Assembly: GCA_024704765.1 (NCBI GenBank)
Contig: JAKMXF010000306.1
Span: 360,620 to 424,619 of the forward strand
From: Oopsacas minuta
Lineage: Eukaryota; Animalia; Porifera
Direction of reading: 5' to 3'
DNA: 64,000 nucleotides
The notes under the pieces are model-generated. The model saw only the letters and a program-made list of their open reading frames with translations, did no database searches and was not told where the DNA came from. The number at the start of each line of letters is the position of its first letter. Positions within the stretch are counted from its first letter, which is position 1. Positions 13,254 through 26,599 of this stretch are shown piece after piece. A program made the translations under genes and the position numbers.

Positions 13254-14585
13254 CAACGGGATTTCAAGTTGTTCGTAACCCTAGCTATTGCTATCATTGT
13301 TCAACCACATGTATTTACTATTTGCATCTAATTTATAGCTTAGATTTTCGTCTATTTAGGACACTATACTTTGTGGAAATTGATTTGACATTTTTTGAGA
13401 TACACCCTTTTGAAGATAGGTTATAGCAACCACAGAGGAATTTATGACTTCAAAATTTAATGAATTTCTACTTGAACAAAGAGCATACATCAAAATCCGC
13501 TCATTACTCGGCGATACGCCAAGGAATATCCACCAAGATTTAGTACAGGTATATGGTGGGGAGGCCTGTTCGGAATCAATCGTTAAGAAGTGGAGTCTAC
13601 GTTTTCGTGAAGGTAGGGTGTCGGTTGAAGATGACCCTCGGATGGGGCAACCTATAATTGCTACCACTGCAAACAATATTGCTCTTGTAGCTGAAATGTG
13701 TGACTCTGATCCCCATATTACGATAGAGCAGTCAGCTACCAGCCTAACTTTGTCAACGGGAAGTGTTCATGCAATTCTGACCAAACATCTTGGTATGTCC
13801 AAGGTTTGCTCACGTTGGGTCCCATAATTGTTGAATCAGACTCAAAAGAAGACCCGGGTGAGAATTGCAAAAAGCTGCTTGAAAAGTATGATCAATGTGA
13901 TGAGAGGCGACTATTTGAAATATGTACCGGTGATGAGACGTGGATAAGATATTCAGAGCCAACTCGTAAAGAACAGAACAAGGTATGGATTGTAAAGGGA
14001 GTTCTCCCCCAGCACTACCAAGACCAGATCATTGGGCCACCAAAGTAATGTACACCATATTTTTCGATGCACATGGTCCAGTCTGCCAAATCTGTACTCC
14101 TAAGGGGCAAACAGTTACCGGGCACTTTTATGCAACAGTTGTTCTTCCGGAAATCGAAAAACATTATATTGAACGTCGGCCAGCCACGGGTCTTAGAGGA
14201 ATCAAAATTTTGCATGATAATGCCAGACCGCACAAATCTAAGGAAGTCAAGGAAAAGATTGCTTCTATAGGTCTTGAGGGATTGAAACATCCACCCTATA
14301 GCCCTGACCTAGCACCTTCCGACTTCTGGCTATCGATGGGCTCAAAAAGCACCTAGCAGGTACAGTTTTTGGAGAACGGATGCAAATTGGAAGGGCCATC
14401 CAACGGTACCTCAGAGACATACCACAAGAAGAGTATAAAAAAACATTTTTCAAGTGAATAGAGTGTTTAAACCTTGTAATTGAGCACATGGGAGACTACT
14501 TTGAACATTTATAGTAGCATTTGAGGCCTATCTCACTTTTTAATACAAATATTCTAAGAGTTACGAATTAAATGAATACCCTTTG
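13254..14585 (+). mobile_element. Mariner (DD34D) element, frameshifted
   Basis: TA-flanked imperfect TIRs CAA(C/A)GGG..TTCA.....TTCGTAAC. ORF pieces EQRAYIKIR, SRWVP, TGDETW, HDNARPH and HPPYSPDLAPSDF, with exactly 34 residues between D2 and D3. Confidence 0.92.
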
Positions 14586-15619
14586 TATTATAAACAATTC
14601 ATAAGATTTAAACATGAACCACACAGTACTTTTCTAAGGTTCATTTGACCGTTATGACCATCTACAATTTCGGCCAATCATGTATTAGGTGATGAAGGCA
14701 TTAAAATGCATGTTCATAGAACCTATGTTCAAGCGAGTCCTCACCCCATCCTGTTTCGGAGCCTATTATAATTATTTTCATAATACTAATGGAAGTTCAA
14801 CAGTGGCCCTTGTTACTGGTAAATCGTTACGATTGTAACTAAAAGTGGTTATGTTGGAAATGCCATAGAAAATCTTTCCACCATTGATCAATTTCGATAG
14901 TGCATTTTCCAGAGCTATCTTGAATTGCATTAAAATGTCAGCCAAAACTATTTCGATTATTCTTCAGTTTCTTCATCAAAATCCGGTTGTTATATAGCAT
15001 CACAATCAGAAATATAATCTATTATATTACATTTTAGTAATTCATTAGCATTTTGACCTAGCAAAACATTTGAAAATAGAATGTTGTTAGATTCCTGACA
15101 TGTTTCTGCGTTGCAAGAGAAAAGTGCACTAAATAAGGTGGCTAAAAGTAGTGCTGAAAAAAAAATTCGATTATTTGCTCGTTTGATGACCAGGCATTTC
15201 ACACGTTCATCACAATGTCTGATGAAAAATTTGGAATAAAAATAATTTTTAACTAAATTTTATACTATCATTATCAATAAGCATAAATTTAAGAATAAAA
15301 CCATTAGTATATATGTGGTTGATTACAAAAAGTAGAAACGAAAAAATTTGGATATTATAGAACAAATGATACGGAGACGAATTATTTCATGGAACGAGCC
15401 AAAATTCGTTCATTCATTTCGAAAGAATATTCGAATATTCGGTATATTCTTTTCAGCCCAAGTTAAAAAATGATTCGAAGTGATTATCAGAATATATCTC
15501 AGGGGGGATAAACCGGCGAATTACCAGACAGGAAAATGAAACATTTTTGGAAACATGTTTTGAAATTTATCCAAAATACATAAACTTGATTAACCTTTTT
15601 AGTTAAAAAACCTTCATAC

Positions 15620-16030
15620 AGTTCTGAATGACTCAATAGGAACATCAACAATGCTCTTGAGCGAGTTCGTGGAGACCAAGCTCTTGCTTATCTCACTATA
15701 AGAAGATGGGGTTAGCAATTTAGGGAGGGAAGAGATAGCATATAGGATGACCCTATCACTGGTCGTCCTAAATCTACTACGTAAGATAATTCAATTGCGT
15801 TGGTGAACGAGCTTCTTCGAAATTCTCCTTGTTTCAGAATGGAAAGATTTCTACCTATATCGAGGTCTCAATTACGCAATTTTTCATATCAAATATCAAC
15901 AATAAATTCAGATATTATTCTAACACAATAACATAACTTGTGGAAAATTCCAGCAATATTTGAGAAAAAATGTCCCAATTATCGGGTGCTTAGGGAAACT
16001 CGCAAATGCAGATTTCTATTACATTTGTAT
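15620..16030 (+). mobile_element. Mariner N-terminal (HTH) fragment
   Basis: Translates to RVRGDQALAYLTIRRWG*QFREGRDSI*DDPITGRPKS, matching the mariner YxTVxRWxxxFxxGxxSxxDxxRxGRP motif; no termini seen. Confidence 0.6.
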
Positions 16031-16258
16031 GGAAAAAGGTAATAGAGAAGAATCTCTGCTTTCTCTACTAACAATAATTCTTGAATATACTTTCATGAAT
16101 GAGTAAAATTGTGGTAGAAGTGATAACAAAATAAATTGCATTGGAATGTCATATTGGCGTAAATTGATGTCGATGGATGAATTGGCAAAATTTAGGGGGG
16201 CATTAGATATTAGTCAAGGTTGGAGAAATAATGTAATTAGTATTCACTGCAACAATTA

Positions 16259-17570
16259 CAGGGTGGCCCCCAAAGTTCTGTCCCATCTTTATAATACAAG
16301 GAAATGAAGATACTAGATTCACTATACATGATTTAATGTTGTAATCGAACCAATTGAGTCAGTAATACAATTATTACTAAGCATATTCTGGTTCACTTCC
16401 TCTAGCACTTAGTTAAGCTAATGGAAGTCGAGAGAGCAGGAATTATTCGGTTATTTGAAAATGGTAAGGCTCCAGGAGAAATTTTAAAGTTGCTCAATAT
16501 GCCCAGGAGTCGGCGGAAGTTTGTATATCGGACGATCTTGAGGTACAAGCAAACAGGGGGGAGTAATGGACAAGGCTAGATCCGGTCGTCCTTCCTCAGT
16601 TACGATTCCCAGGCTTGTCAAGAGGGTACGGGAGCGAATCCGACGTAACCCGCGTCGATCCATGAGGAAGATGCCTGTAGATCTTCAGGTGTCACGCCAT
16701 TCCATACAAAACGTCGTGAATACTAAACTGGGAATGTATTCCTTCAAAAGAAAAAAGGTCCATCATCTAACAGACCAAGTTAAGCAAAAACGAATGTCTA
16801 GATGTAAAGGGTTGCTTGAGCGGCACGCAAATCACGGTCTCGAAACGATTCTGTTTTCCGATGAGAAGATATTCACTATTCAGGAAGTGACAAACTCCCA
16901 AAATCACAGGATCATATCCGCAACACGTTCTAGTATCCTAGAAAAGTATCGATACGTGAGTCGCATACAGAAACCTCAATCTGTGATGGTATGGGCTGGT
17001 GTCTCGGTAACTGGTCGGACACCATTGATATTTGTCCCCCTGGAGTGAAAATAAATGCTACCACCTATCGGGAGCTTATCTTGGAGCCTGTATTGCAGAA
17101 TCTAGATCAAACAATGTTTAATGGAGAACCGTTTATATTCCAGCAGGATGGAGCACCGGCTCATACCGCCAATAGTACCCAAACCTGGCTCAAACACAAT
17201 TTTCCAGGATTTATTCAGAAGACAGAATGGCCTCCCTATAGTCCAGACCTGAAACCGATGGACTTTGCAATTTGGTCCATCCTGGAGACCAATGCTTGCG
17301 CCAAGTCTCATACCTCTGTCGAGTGTTTTGAAGCGGTCTTTAACAAGGGAGTGGAACAAAATACCTCAGGAAAGCATTCGTGCCGCGGTTGGAGCGTCTT
17401 CTGGACGATTGAGAGCCGTAGTAAAAAAACGAGGAGGTTATATTGGGTAGTAAAGATATTATATATTCTGATAGTATTCTGTAAGACGAGTAAAAATTGC
17501 CAGCCTATAGCATACAGTTTAGTCAAGCTATTCCACTTTATCAATGGGACAGGACTTCAGGGCCACCCTG
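16259..17570 (+). mobile_element. maT (DD37D) element, frameshifted
   Basis: TA-flanked TIRs CAGGGTGGCCC..AAGT.CTGTCCCAT. FSDEK, QQDGAPAHT and WPPYSPDLKPMDF with 37 residues between D2 and D3; C-terminal GGYI. Confidence 0.92.
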
Positions 17571-18525
17571 TATAGTCAATCAAACATTCGACTTTCCATT
17601 GTAATAACCCAACGAATCAACATTGCAATTAAAAAGTCCAAAATTGGATTGTTACAAATTGAATTCAATCCTAGCATAATAGTTGAAACGAGGAGAAATT
17701 CCTTAATTATGGTATATTGCAGGCATTTATAAACATTCATATTCTGTAATATCGGGAAAATAGTATAGTCGTGGGAGCAAAAACCGCCCTTTCTGTGAAT
17801 AAACAATTTTATACAGTGGATCGTTTCGAAATGAAAGAACTATAGAAGGCGAAAAATTGAAATAACTTTTATGATTGAAATTCAACCACATTAATATAGG
17901 TATTTCGTAATAAGTACATAATTCAACGTTTCGTTTCTAAATCGTCTCATGACCAGATTTTGGCATAATTTTATAATAGAAACACATGAAGGTCTAAGGA
18001 ATATGTCAACATTCCAGGTTAAATTAGCCAAAGGCTATCAAGTTACTCATTGTTCGACGTCGCTCGACAAATGAATCTAATTATGTATGCACATGTAAGC
18101 CCTCTAATTGATCTTCTAGAGACCAAACCCCAGCAAGTGTTATTTTCCTTTGTGTTTAGAGAATGATTACACAGCCCTGCGGAAAAAAATTTTATTTGCT
18201 GATTGTTATTGCAAAACATTTTCTCATCCACATTATAATACTGATTTTGAAAGATGTTATAAAATATACGTATCAGGTCTAGTTTTTTTGCAAAACTATT
18301 TTAAATATTGGTATATTTATCGATGAATGCATGATACCTCTACAAGTAAAATAGTGAAAATCTGCCATTTATAAATATTTACTAAGAATTACAATAAAAA
18401 TTTTATTGATAATATAATCTTAGTTAATAAATAAATTTGAATATATTAGTCTGAATCAGGAGTAAATTTCCGTTTTTTGACATTCTAACATGAATAACAT
18501 CAATACAATCTCTCTTGAGGCACCA

Positions 18526-18941
18526 CACGGGTAACTGAAAAAACATTATGACAAAAAAAATGAGGCCGTTGAGATTTTTTCACTTTTTTATACAAAATTT
18601 TATGAGGAATCCGAATATACGCTACAAAAAATTTTCCTACCATTAAAATTTTTTTACAGATTATACAAAAATTTATGAAATCAAAAAAATTCTGGCTACA
18701 ATAATTTTAACATATCCCCATTTTTAGCATATTATCGTGATTCTTCGCTGAAATACTTCTTTCTAGAATTCAATTTAATTACTAGTTACCTAATAGAATT
18801 GATGTTTTTAACGAATTCCTATCCAAAATGTCATTACCATGGCAACAAAATGAAACGTAGGAATTTACGCAATAGTTTTCAATCTAGCTAAGTAGTACTT
18901 GTATGATATCACATTTAGGATATATACGTGTAATTATTGAT
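18526..18941 (+). repeat. Left long TIR (416 bp) of the Chapaev element
   Basis: Aligns base for base with the reverse complement of 21033-21447, with roughly a dozen substitutions by eye. Confidence 0.95.
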
Positions 18942-21032
18942 TAATTCAGTTAAAGCAAATGAGTGAAGAAACGAAACATGAACATGCAAAAACTAGAATT
19001 TGTCGCTGGTGTTGTTCGAAAGTTGGCAAAATTGTTTTGAGGAATAATCACCTAAAGGACACTAAGTTAGGTGAATTATACAACCAATATTTGGAACCAA
19101 TCAATATTTTAGAAGATAATCGCCCTTATATCGTGTGTAATACTTGTAAGCTCTACTTGTTTACTCTGTCCTCAGGGGATACGACGAGGAAAACACCTGC
19201 ACGATATGATTGGCCCTTAATTCGTAACACGCGCTTAAACACCTGCCGCATTGGGAACTTATGTTCAATGCGTACCGAGAGTTCAAGGTTCGGTCGCAAG
19301 AATCAAGCTTCATCTTCGATAGTTCATATAAAGCCAGGAAGACCAACAATCAATTCACCTCAAAAGACGATCAAGATATGTAACAAATGTGCGAGTCGTG
19401 TTAGTCCTGGAGTTAGTCATATCTGTTTGAAAAAGACATTGATTACCAACGCACATAATATGTTGGAACACCATAACGCTATTGATACATTCGTTGGTGA
19501 TAATGTATACCAAAGATTACATGAATGTAGCCACAACAAATCTTCAATTCATTTGCCTAAAACTTCAGGTGGGAATCCGTTTCATCTTTCTATCTCCTCT
19601 TCCAGTACTGACGAACGTCCAGCTAAAGTACCAAAAATGGATTTCTCTCACATCGCGAATTTGAAGTGTTCAGGAATGTCATTGTCTAATAAGCAGTTAA
19701 AGGTAGTAACTCGAATTATTAGAGATGTTGGAGTACCATGTCCATCAATGGATAGCTACTATAGAGAACGACATTTGTTGTGCGACGAAATATTCGAATG
19801 CATCCAGATTGAGCTGGACTATAGTAAAGAGAAATACAAGTCAGAATATGGGAACTCCTGGATAGTGAGATGTTGCAATATCGATGCCCTGATAGAAAAG
19901 ATCTTTAATATCAGCGGAGAAATATCGGTACATGATCTTCATTTCAGGCTTGGATTAGACTTTGGTCGTGGATTCACTAAACTACTTATGTGTCTACAGA
20001 ATGATAATTCTGTCGATAACCAGGTTTATCTATGGGTTACGAGTGCCCCTGAGTGTAATTATAACTTCTCCGTTATGCTTCAAGATGACCAGATAAAACG
20101 GCTGATGGAAGAATACAACGTTTCATTTACGGTAGATTTGAAGGCTGCTAGTTATTGCTTGGGAATAATGAACGGACGTCACCCTTGTATATGGTGTACT
20201 TGGGACAATAGAAGGGGTTTAGACAGTGTTCAGTGGGAAGAACGATCATCTGCTCACCATCTAGAGATGTTTCAAAAGCTTCAAGATATGTATCAGGGAG
20301 ATTCTAAGAATCATGCAATTGACTGCGATGGTATTGAGGACCGCCAAGCACTAAATGTATGGCTGGTAGATTTCATGCAAATGTTTAATCTTCCCGAGTT
20401 ACATCTGTTACTTGGGATAGGACAGAAGTTATACGATGATCCTCATCACAATGTCTGAGGACGAAAAAGAACACCATGAAGCAATACTAAAACAACTGAA
20501 TATTCATAGAAGTCCTTACCATAGAGGAGCATTTGAAGGTAATGCAATGAGGAAAATCACAAAGGAGGTATTGGAACTCGGGTTTCCAAAGAGTAATTCG
20601 TCTTATATCACGCTTGTAAAATTCAGGGATGTTGTTGATTCTTGCTTCGGGAAACACATAAGGGAGATTTCAAAATGGCAGTATATCATTTTGAACAATC
20701 ATTTAAACAATCAGGACTTTCTTGCTCTACAAAAGTTCATGTTCTATGTAGGCACCTAATTCCGTTTATCACGGATTATCTTCCAGATGGAATGGGTTTA
20801 GGATCAGTTTCAGAACAAGCATTTGAATCTGCCCATTCTAGATTTGGCAGAGTTTGGGAGACAAGATATAAATGTCAAGAGGAAAATGAAAAATTTCCAG
20901 AGTGCTTATTAAACACAGTATCAGATGTTAACTTCTTCAATTTCATAAATAAATCATAGTATGATAAGCTAGGTCATGTTCTACATTACACTATATTTGG
21001 AATAAAAATAATTGGTTAAGTTAAGGTTAAGC

Positions 21033-21447
21033 ATCAATAATTACACGTGTATATCCTAAATGTGATATCATACAAGTACTACTTAGCTAGATTGAAAACT
21101 ACTGCGTAAATTCCTACGTTTCATTTTGTTGCCATGGTAATGACATTTTGGATAGGAATTCGTTAAAAACATCAATTCTATTAGGTAACTAGTAATTAAA
21201 TTGAATTCTAGAAAGAAGTATTTCAGCGAAGAATCACGATAATATACTAAAAATGGGGATATGTTAAAATTATTGTAGGCAGAATTTTTTGATTTCATAA
21301 ATTTTTGTATAATCTGTAAAAAAAATTATAATGGTAGGAAAAATTTTTGTAGCGTATATTCGGATTCCTCATAAAATTCTGTATAAGAAAGTGAAAAAAT
21401 CTCAACGACCTCATTTTTTTTGTACTAACGTTTTTCAGTTACCCGTG
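21033..21447 (-). repeat. Right long TIR (415 bp) of the Chapaev element
   Basis: Reverse complement of 18526-18941. Confidence 0.95.
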
Positions 21448-24400
21448 ACCAGCAGTAATCAGCCATCATATGAACGTCCCACCTCTCCTGATATCGTGTT
21501 TCCATTGTTTTTATGTCTTGGTGGAATCGTTCACCTTGCTCCTCGGAAACAGCCCCAAGATTCTCTGGAAATAGTCAATATGACTGTGAAGACAGTGAAC
21601 TTTTACACTCATATTGCACCCGAGATTCTTGTAAGATTCAATCAATTCATTCACAAGTATTTTATAATTAGGAGATTTCGTATTTCCCAAGAAATTTTCA
21701 TGACATTTACAAATGCATTCCATGCACATTTTTCTTTGCATATCATAGAATTTGAAAAATTACCATCTCGAACAAGTTGTCTTATCTGAGGACCGTCGAA
21801 TATACCGGCTTTTCTTTTTTCATCACTTAGGTAGTAAAACTTCTTGGTAATATATTTGAAACAATTTCCTTCTTTATCTAATGCCGTCACAAACTGTTTC
21901 ATCAATCCTAATTTTATATGAAGTGGTGGAAGCAAAATCTTGAGAGGATCCACTAGAGGCTCGTGAATAATGTTCTTATCACCAACATTAAGATTGGTTC
22001 TAGCTGGCCAGTTCTGTCTAAAATAGTGTTCGCTCTTTGCACGACTGTCCCATAAGCATAAAAACAAGGGTATTTTGTATATCCTGATTGCTGTCCCAAA
22101 AAAAGGCATATGATTTTTAAGTCGCCACAGAATACCCAATTGTACTGGTTATAATTAATTTTATGAAGCACAATTTTCATGTTATCATATCGTTCCTTTA
22201 AACTTACTGAATGTCCAATTGGTATGGAACTAAATTTGTTGCCATTATGAAGTAGAACACATTTCAAACTTTGTTTTGAACTATCAATAAAGAGTCTCCA
22301 ATCATTAGGTACATACGGACATCCAAGAGCATTAACTAGCGGTGAAACATCATGACAAAACATAAATCCGTCTTCCACTATGAAATATTTCAAAAATTCG
22401 ATCTCTCTGTTCCTATATGAGTAAAATTTTGTTTCTGGGAGAAGCAAGTTTTTTTCTTTTAGCCCAGAACCCAACAACTCCGCAGATTCTTTAGGTAAAT
22501 CTAAATCACGTACCAAATCATTTAATTCAGATTGATTAAATAACTGTGGAGAATTAGAACGAGATACACACGGAATAAAATCCTCATCTTCTCTAATTAA
22601 TGAATCTCTAGTTTCACAATCATCAATTTCCGAGATAACATCCAAATTAGTAAATGTTGGAACAGGTACATCAATAGAATGGGGAACGGGTCGTATTGCT
22701 GAATGTAAATTTGGATACTTGATCAATGACTTGGTTTTAGCATTGAATCCAGAATTATTCGCCATACAAAAGTAACAATCGCTAATGTGATTTTGTGGCT
22801 CTCTCCATATCATTGGAATTCCAAAACTTAAACTCTTCCTGATTCCTTTTGTCCATTGTCTGAAATTTTCTACACAAGATCGGCACACTGTATGTGGAGC
22901 CCATGTTTTGTCTTGATTACCTAATCTCCTTTCAAAATATCCTAAATATGCTTTTTTAACAAATCCTGTTATTGCCGTAGTTTGTTTAGAAGTCATAAAC
23001 TACCACAAATATAACAAAAGACGTCTGAATTATTACTCCACCTTCTCCGATAAGCCATATGATAATAAATATCAAAATAGTAGACTATAGTACAATAAAG
23101 CTGTATATAACAAAAATAAAAATAAAAATAATTATGTAGAAAAGAATGGAGTTAAAGGGACTAATTAGAAAATGCAATAAAGCACACATCTGTTTATTTC
23201 AAAAGACAAAAATTCACACATGTATCAAATATAATCATTTATTCTAGGGAAGTGTACTTAAAAAAATCGACTGACATTAAAATGACATTTGAGTAAAAAC
23301 GAGACGTGATAGGGGAATTCTGATGACAGATTGAGAATCAGCATACTCAAGTTAACTAAAAAGAACCCATGGATAATAATCAGCAAACTTGACGCAGGGC
23401 AGTGTTAACTATAAGAGTATAAAATACCATTAAGACGTATATCGAGGTATTTGATCCTGATATGTATGCTAGGCCTTTGAACAGAAAATTTTCATCCTGA
23501 ATGGTAGAGCAAATACACACTCTGAATAGTTGAACAAATCTAACTCGTGGTGATGGAGATAATCCGAATTCTATCAACTAGAATCTCTGGATATTAGCTG
23601 AGTTAGTGAAAGTGATAGTTTAACCTAATATAAAGAGTTTCCAATATATTTCAAACCAAATGTTTTTGGATCAACTTAGCAATAAATATCATGATCAAAT
23701 ACCTCAATCAACGTCTGTAGAATAAATTATACATATATAGTAAATCTTTCTCTAAACACAAATATCATATAAAAGTAAAAGTAAAAATAACAGGCGACGG
23801 GGAGTGATACTGTGAAAGAAGATTTAGAGGGCCTATATGTGCATAGAATCACTAGACTCTATGTATCGAAGGATAATATTACAATTTTGTAAAAGTTGTA
23901 TTTGGGCGTTAGAGAGTTTATCTTCATCAAATTAGTTTATTAACATATCTGATGTTATTGGTTGTGGAGCTTTATGCGCTATGCATATGCAAAATTCGCC
24001 TTGCAAATTTTTCTGAGGAATTTGTGAAGCCGTTAGATAGCACTAGAGAATTTGTTAACATTGAATAACTTTTATGATTGAAGTCCGAGTTTCGTAATCA
24101 GGATTAAATTCCCAGTCGTTTAAGTACTCACATGACTATAATTTGGAAAAGTTATTCATTAGCAACATAATAAGTTATCAGGAGTGTGTCAACATTCCAT
24201 TCTCTGGTCTTATCCAGTCACTCTTGAGCGCCCCATTCTTCGACGATGCTGATTGATGGTAGCTAACTAGCAAAATTACATTTGCTTGGGTTTTTAACAT
24301 TGTTGTCAGATCAAGAACATGGAAAGCATCATGAACTTTGGGAATAAATTTAGACTTGGTTGGTTGGTTGTCATTGTTTGATGTAGTAAACCAATTCACA

Positions 24401-25339
24401 TACAAAATGGAAATACATTAAGTCGTGTTCCCCCATTGGGACTACAGGTTCAAAAGATACATACAAGTTTAAATATGAGAAAGTACAATAATAGAAGGAC
24501 GTATTATAAGCTATAATTTAAAAAACAACAGAAAAGAACAATATTGATACAATAAATTAGGATTTAGTCGATGCGGTACATAAACTTTTAAAATAAACCT
24601 TCTATAAAGCTCAAGACTACTAGCTTGTTTAGTATATTATGGAAGTTCATTGTATCTCTGAGCTGCATCATAAGAACATTGGACTTATCGCACGAACTAT
24701 AAACTTTGGCATGTCTTGCGTACAAACTTGGTATGAAAATGAAAGGAAGATAGAATTACCTTTAGTTTTGGAAAGAAAGGGCAAGAATTTGAAAGAAGTT
24801 GGTATGAACCATTAGTTTGTCAAAAATATGCCAAAATATGCCAAAATTTGGCATTTAATTTAAGATTTGCAAGAAGTTGACATGAATTTTGCAGTTCTGC
24901 GGCATGAATATAGCATTGACTTCGAAAGTTTGGACAAAAACTGGGCCTGGACATTACAAGTTTGCGGTAACAACATGGTATGAACTTCAAATTTGTGGCA
25001 AAACATAGTTAAATAGTCTTAATTGAATTGGATGATCGGTTGACTCAATCAGATAATTTGTTGACCAAATGGGATAGTTAAATGAAAATAATGTAGAATA
25101 TCAATAAGAATTCAGGAGACACTCAAGGACACATTGTTTCCAATACTGGACACAAACTATCCTTGAAGCGAGCAGCACAAGCGAATAAAACTTTCTTGGT
25201 ATAAATAATTAATTCAATTGCATAACATTGCAACAACTAGCAGCTCAAGAAACAATAGAATCAGTAAAATGCTAAGGGCGGGGTGTATCTTTGAGAATTT
25301 GTTAAGGAGAGCAGCTCACCAATGAAAAATTGGTGAGGA

Positions 25340-26430
25340 AGCATAGCTCTTCACTCCCCACTGGAGACAGGTCAGGCAACATAAATGTGATAAACTATGG
25401 TTAGGGAATATTTCGGCCAAATAAATACCTTCTGTGAGTCAGTAAGTGGTGACGTGAAACACTTGGATGTGGGTATGGTTCCGCTAGTTGCAGCAGAGTT
25501 GATAAAAATAGATACCAAAAAATCAGTTTAATGCTTCAATCGGAAAATCTTTCAGCTCCTACAATGATTATCGACGATTAATGTTCTCCAGTTGATACGA
25601 ACTCCCGAAATAGCGAAAATATTTTGATAGTCTCCTGGTGTTCGTATTAACGCTGCTCCACTGAATGTAACTTTAATTATGGAATATTAATTCTGCAATA
25701 TCTCCAGAGTTTAGCAACATTGTGTAATGTGCATTGTACATTTGATTGAAGCCTAAATTAGGAGCAAACTAAGTACCCTATGTAGATAAATATGGAGTTA
25801 GAAAATGTTAAGGGCAATAAAATCATTCAGGTATTGCGAATCATAGGAGGAAGAATGCTTGACAAGATTGCTGATAGGCTAGATCCGAATCTATAAGGGG
25901 GACTTAAAGGCATATCTATTCCTCATGCACTCGTTGATATGGTCTACATTTGGATCCTGCGATAGAGCAAAGAGACTTCTCACGTGGTCCTATTGGACTT
26001 CGAAATGCATTCGATAATGTGGGCCACATAGTATTAATCACTAATGTAAAATCTATGGCTTCACCAATTGTATCGTTTGATGGTTATGCGCCTTTTTATT
26101 GAATAAATTTGAAGCTTCAGGGTGGGCGAGGAGTCGTCATGCTGGGTTTGTCTGAATGGGCTGTCTAACAAAGATCGTGGATGTGGCACCTTGGATGGTA
26201 CAATCCATGGCCATGGCTGAGTTGGCGAAGATACAGTCGATCCAAAGGAGAGCAATAAAAATAATTGAAGCAATATTGTGTTATGATAAGGAATATGATA
26301 ATAACAAGCCAAGATCAAACGACCTAGGAAGGAGAAATTGGCAAGAAAGTTCGTTCCTGCGTTCAAGTTCACACCAAACAAATTACACCCCTTGCAACCC
26401 GAATCGGTTTAAGAAGTCTTTGTAACCTAT
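25340..26430 (+). mobile_element. Degenerate CR1/L2-type LINE RT fragment with internal deletions
   Basis: LLDKIADRLDPNL*GGLKGISIPHALVDMV...HVVLLDF..AFDNVGH (RT domains 2-3), then IQSIQRRAIKII and TPCNPNRFKKS resembling the CR1/L2 ORF2 C-terminus. Confidence 0.7.
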
Positions 26431-26599
26431 GGGCAATACAACTTTCAATCCTCTAATCGATATCTCACCAGATTTTGCCTGAAGTTGATGACTAGAAGAT
26501 CTGGTGAGTTTCCTAAACTGATGATATGAAAAACAGATGAGATGCCTGAAGTAGATGAATGGAGAATACTGATGTCACTAGGTTATCTTGATTGCATTT

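Larger units (their letters stand above)
18526..21447 (+). mobile_element. Chapaev (CMC superfamily) transposon with about 415-bp TIRs; near-complete transposase with two frameshifts
   Basis: CACGGGTAACTG...CAGTTACCCGTG ends and 4-bp TSD ACCA. ORFs 18959-20458, 20436-20759 and 20642-20959 carry a Cys/His-rich N-terminus (ICRWCC, VCNTC, CNKC..H.C), GLDFGRGFTK, VDLK, HPCIWC, PELHLLLG, YHRGAFEGN, TKVH and SEQAFESAH. Confidence 0.9.
18170..23404 (-). mobile_element. Chapaev3 (CMC superfamily) transposon, interrupted by a nested Chapaev
   Basis: Termini CAC(A/T)GCCCTGCG with a 3-bp TSD TTA on both sides (18167-18169 and 23405-23407). Transposase from about 23058: FCYICG, DKTWAPHTVCRSC, WREPQNHISDCYFC, WRLFIDSSK, GDLK, PPLHIKLGLMKQFV, GERFHQDI, MMADYCW; frameshifted. 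Confidence 0.9.
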
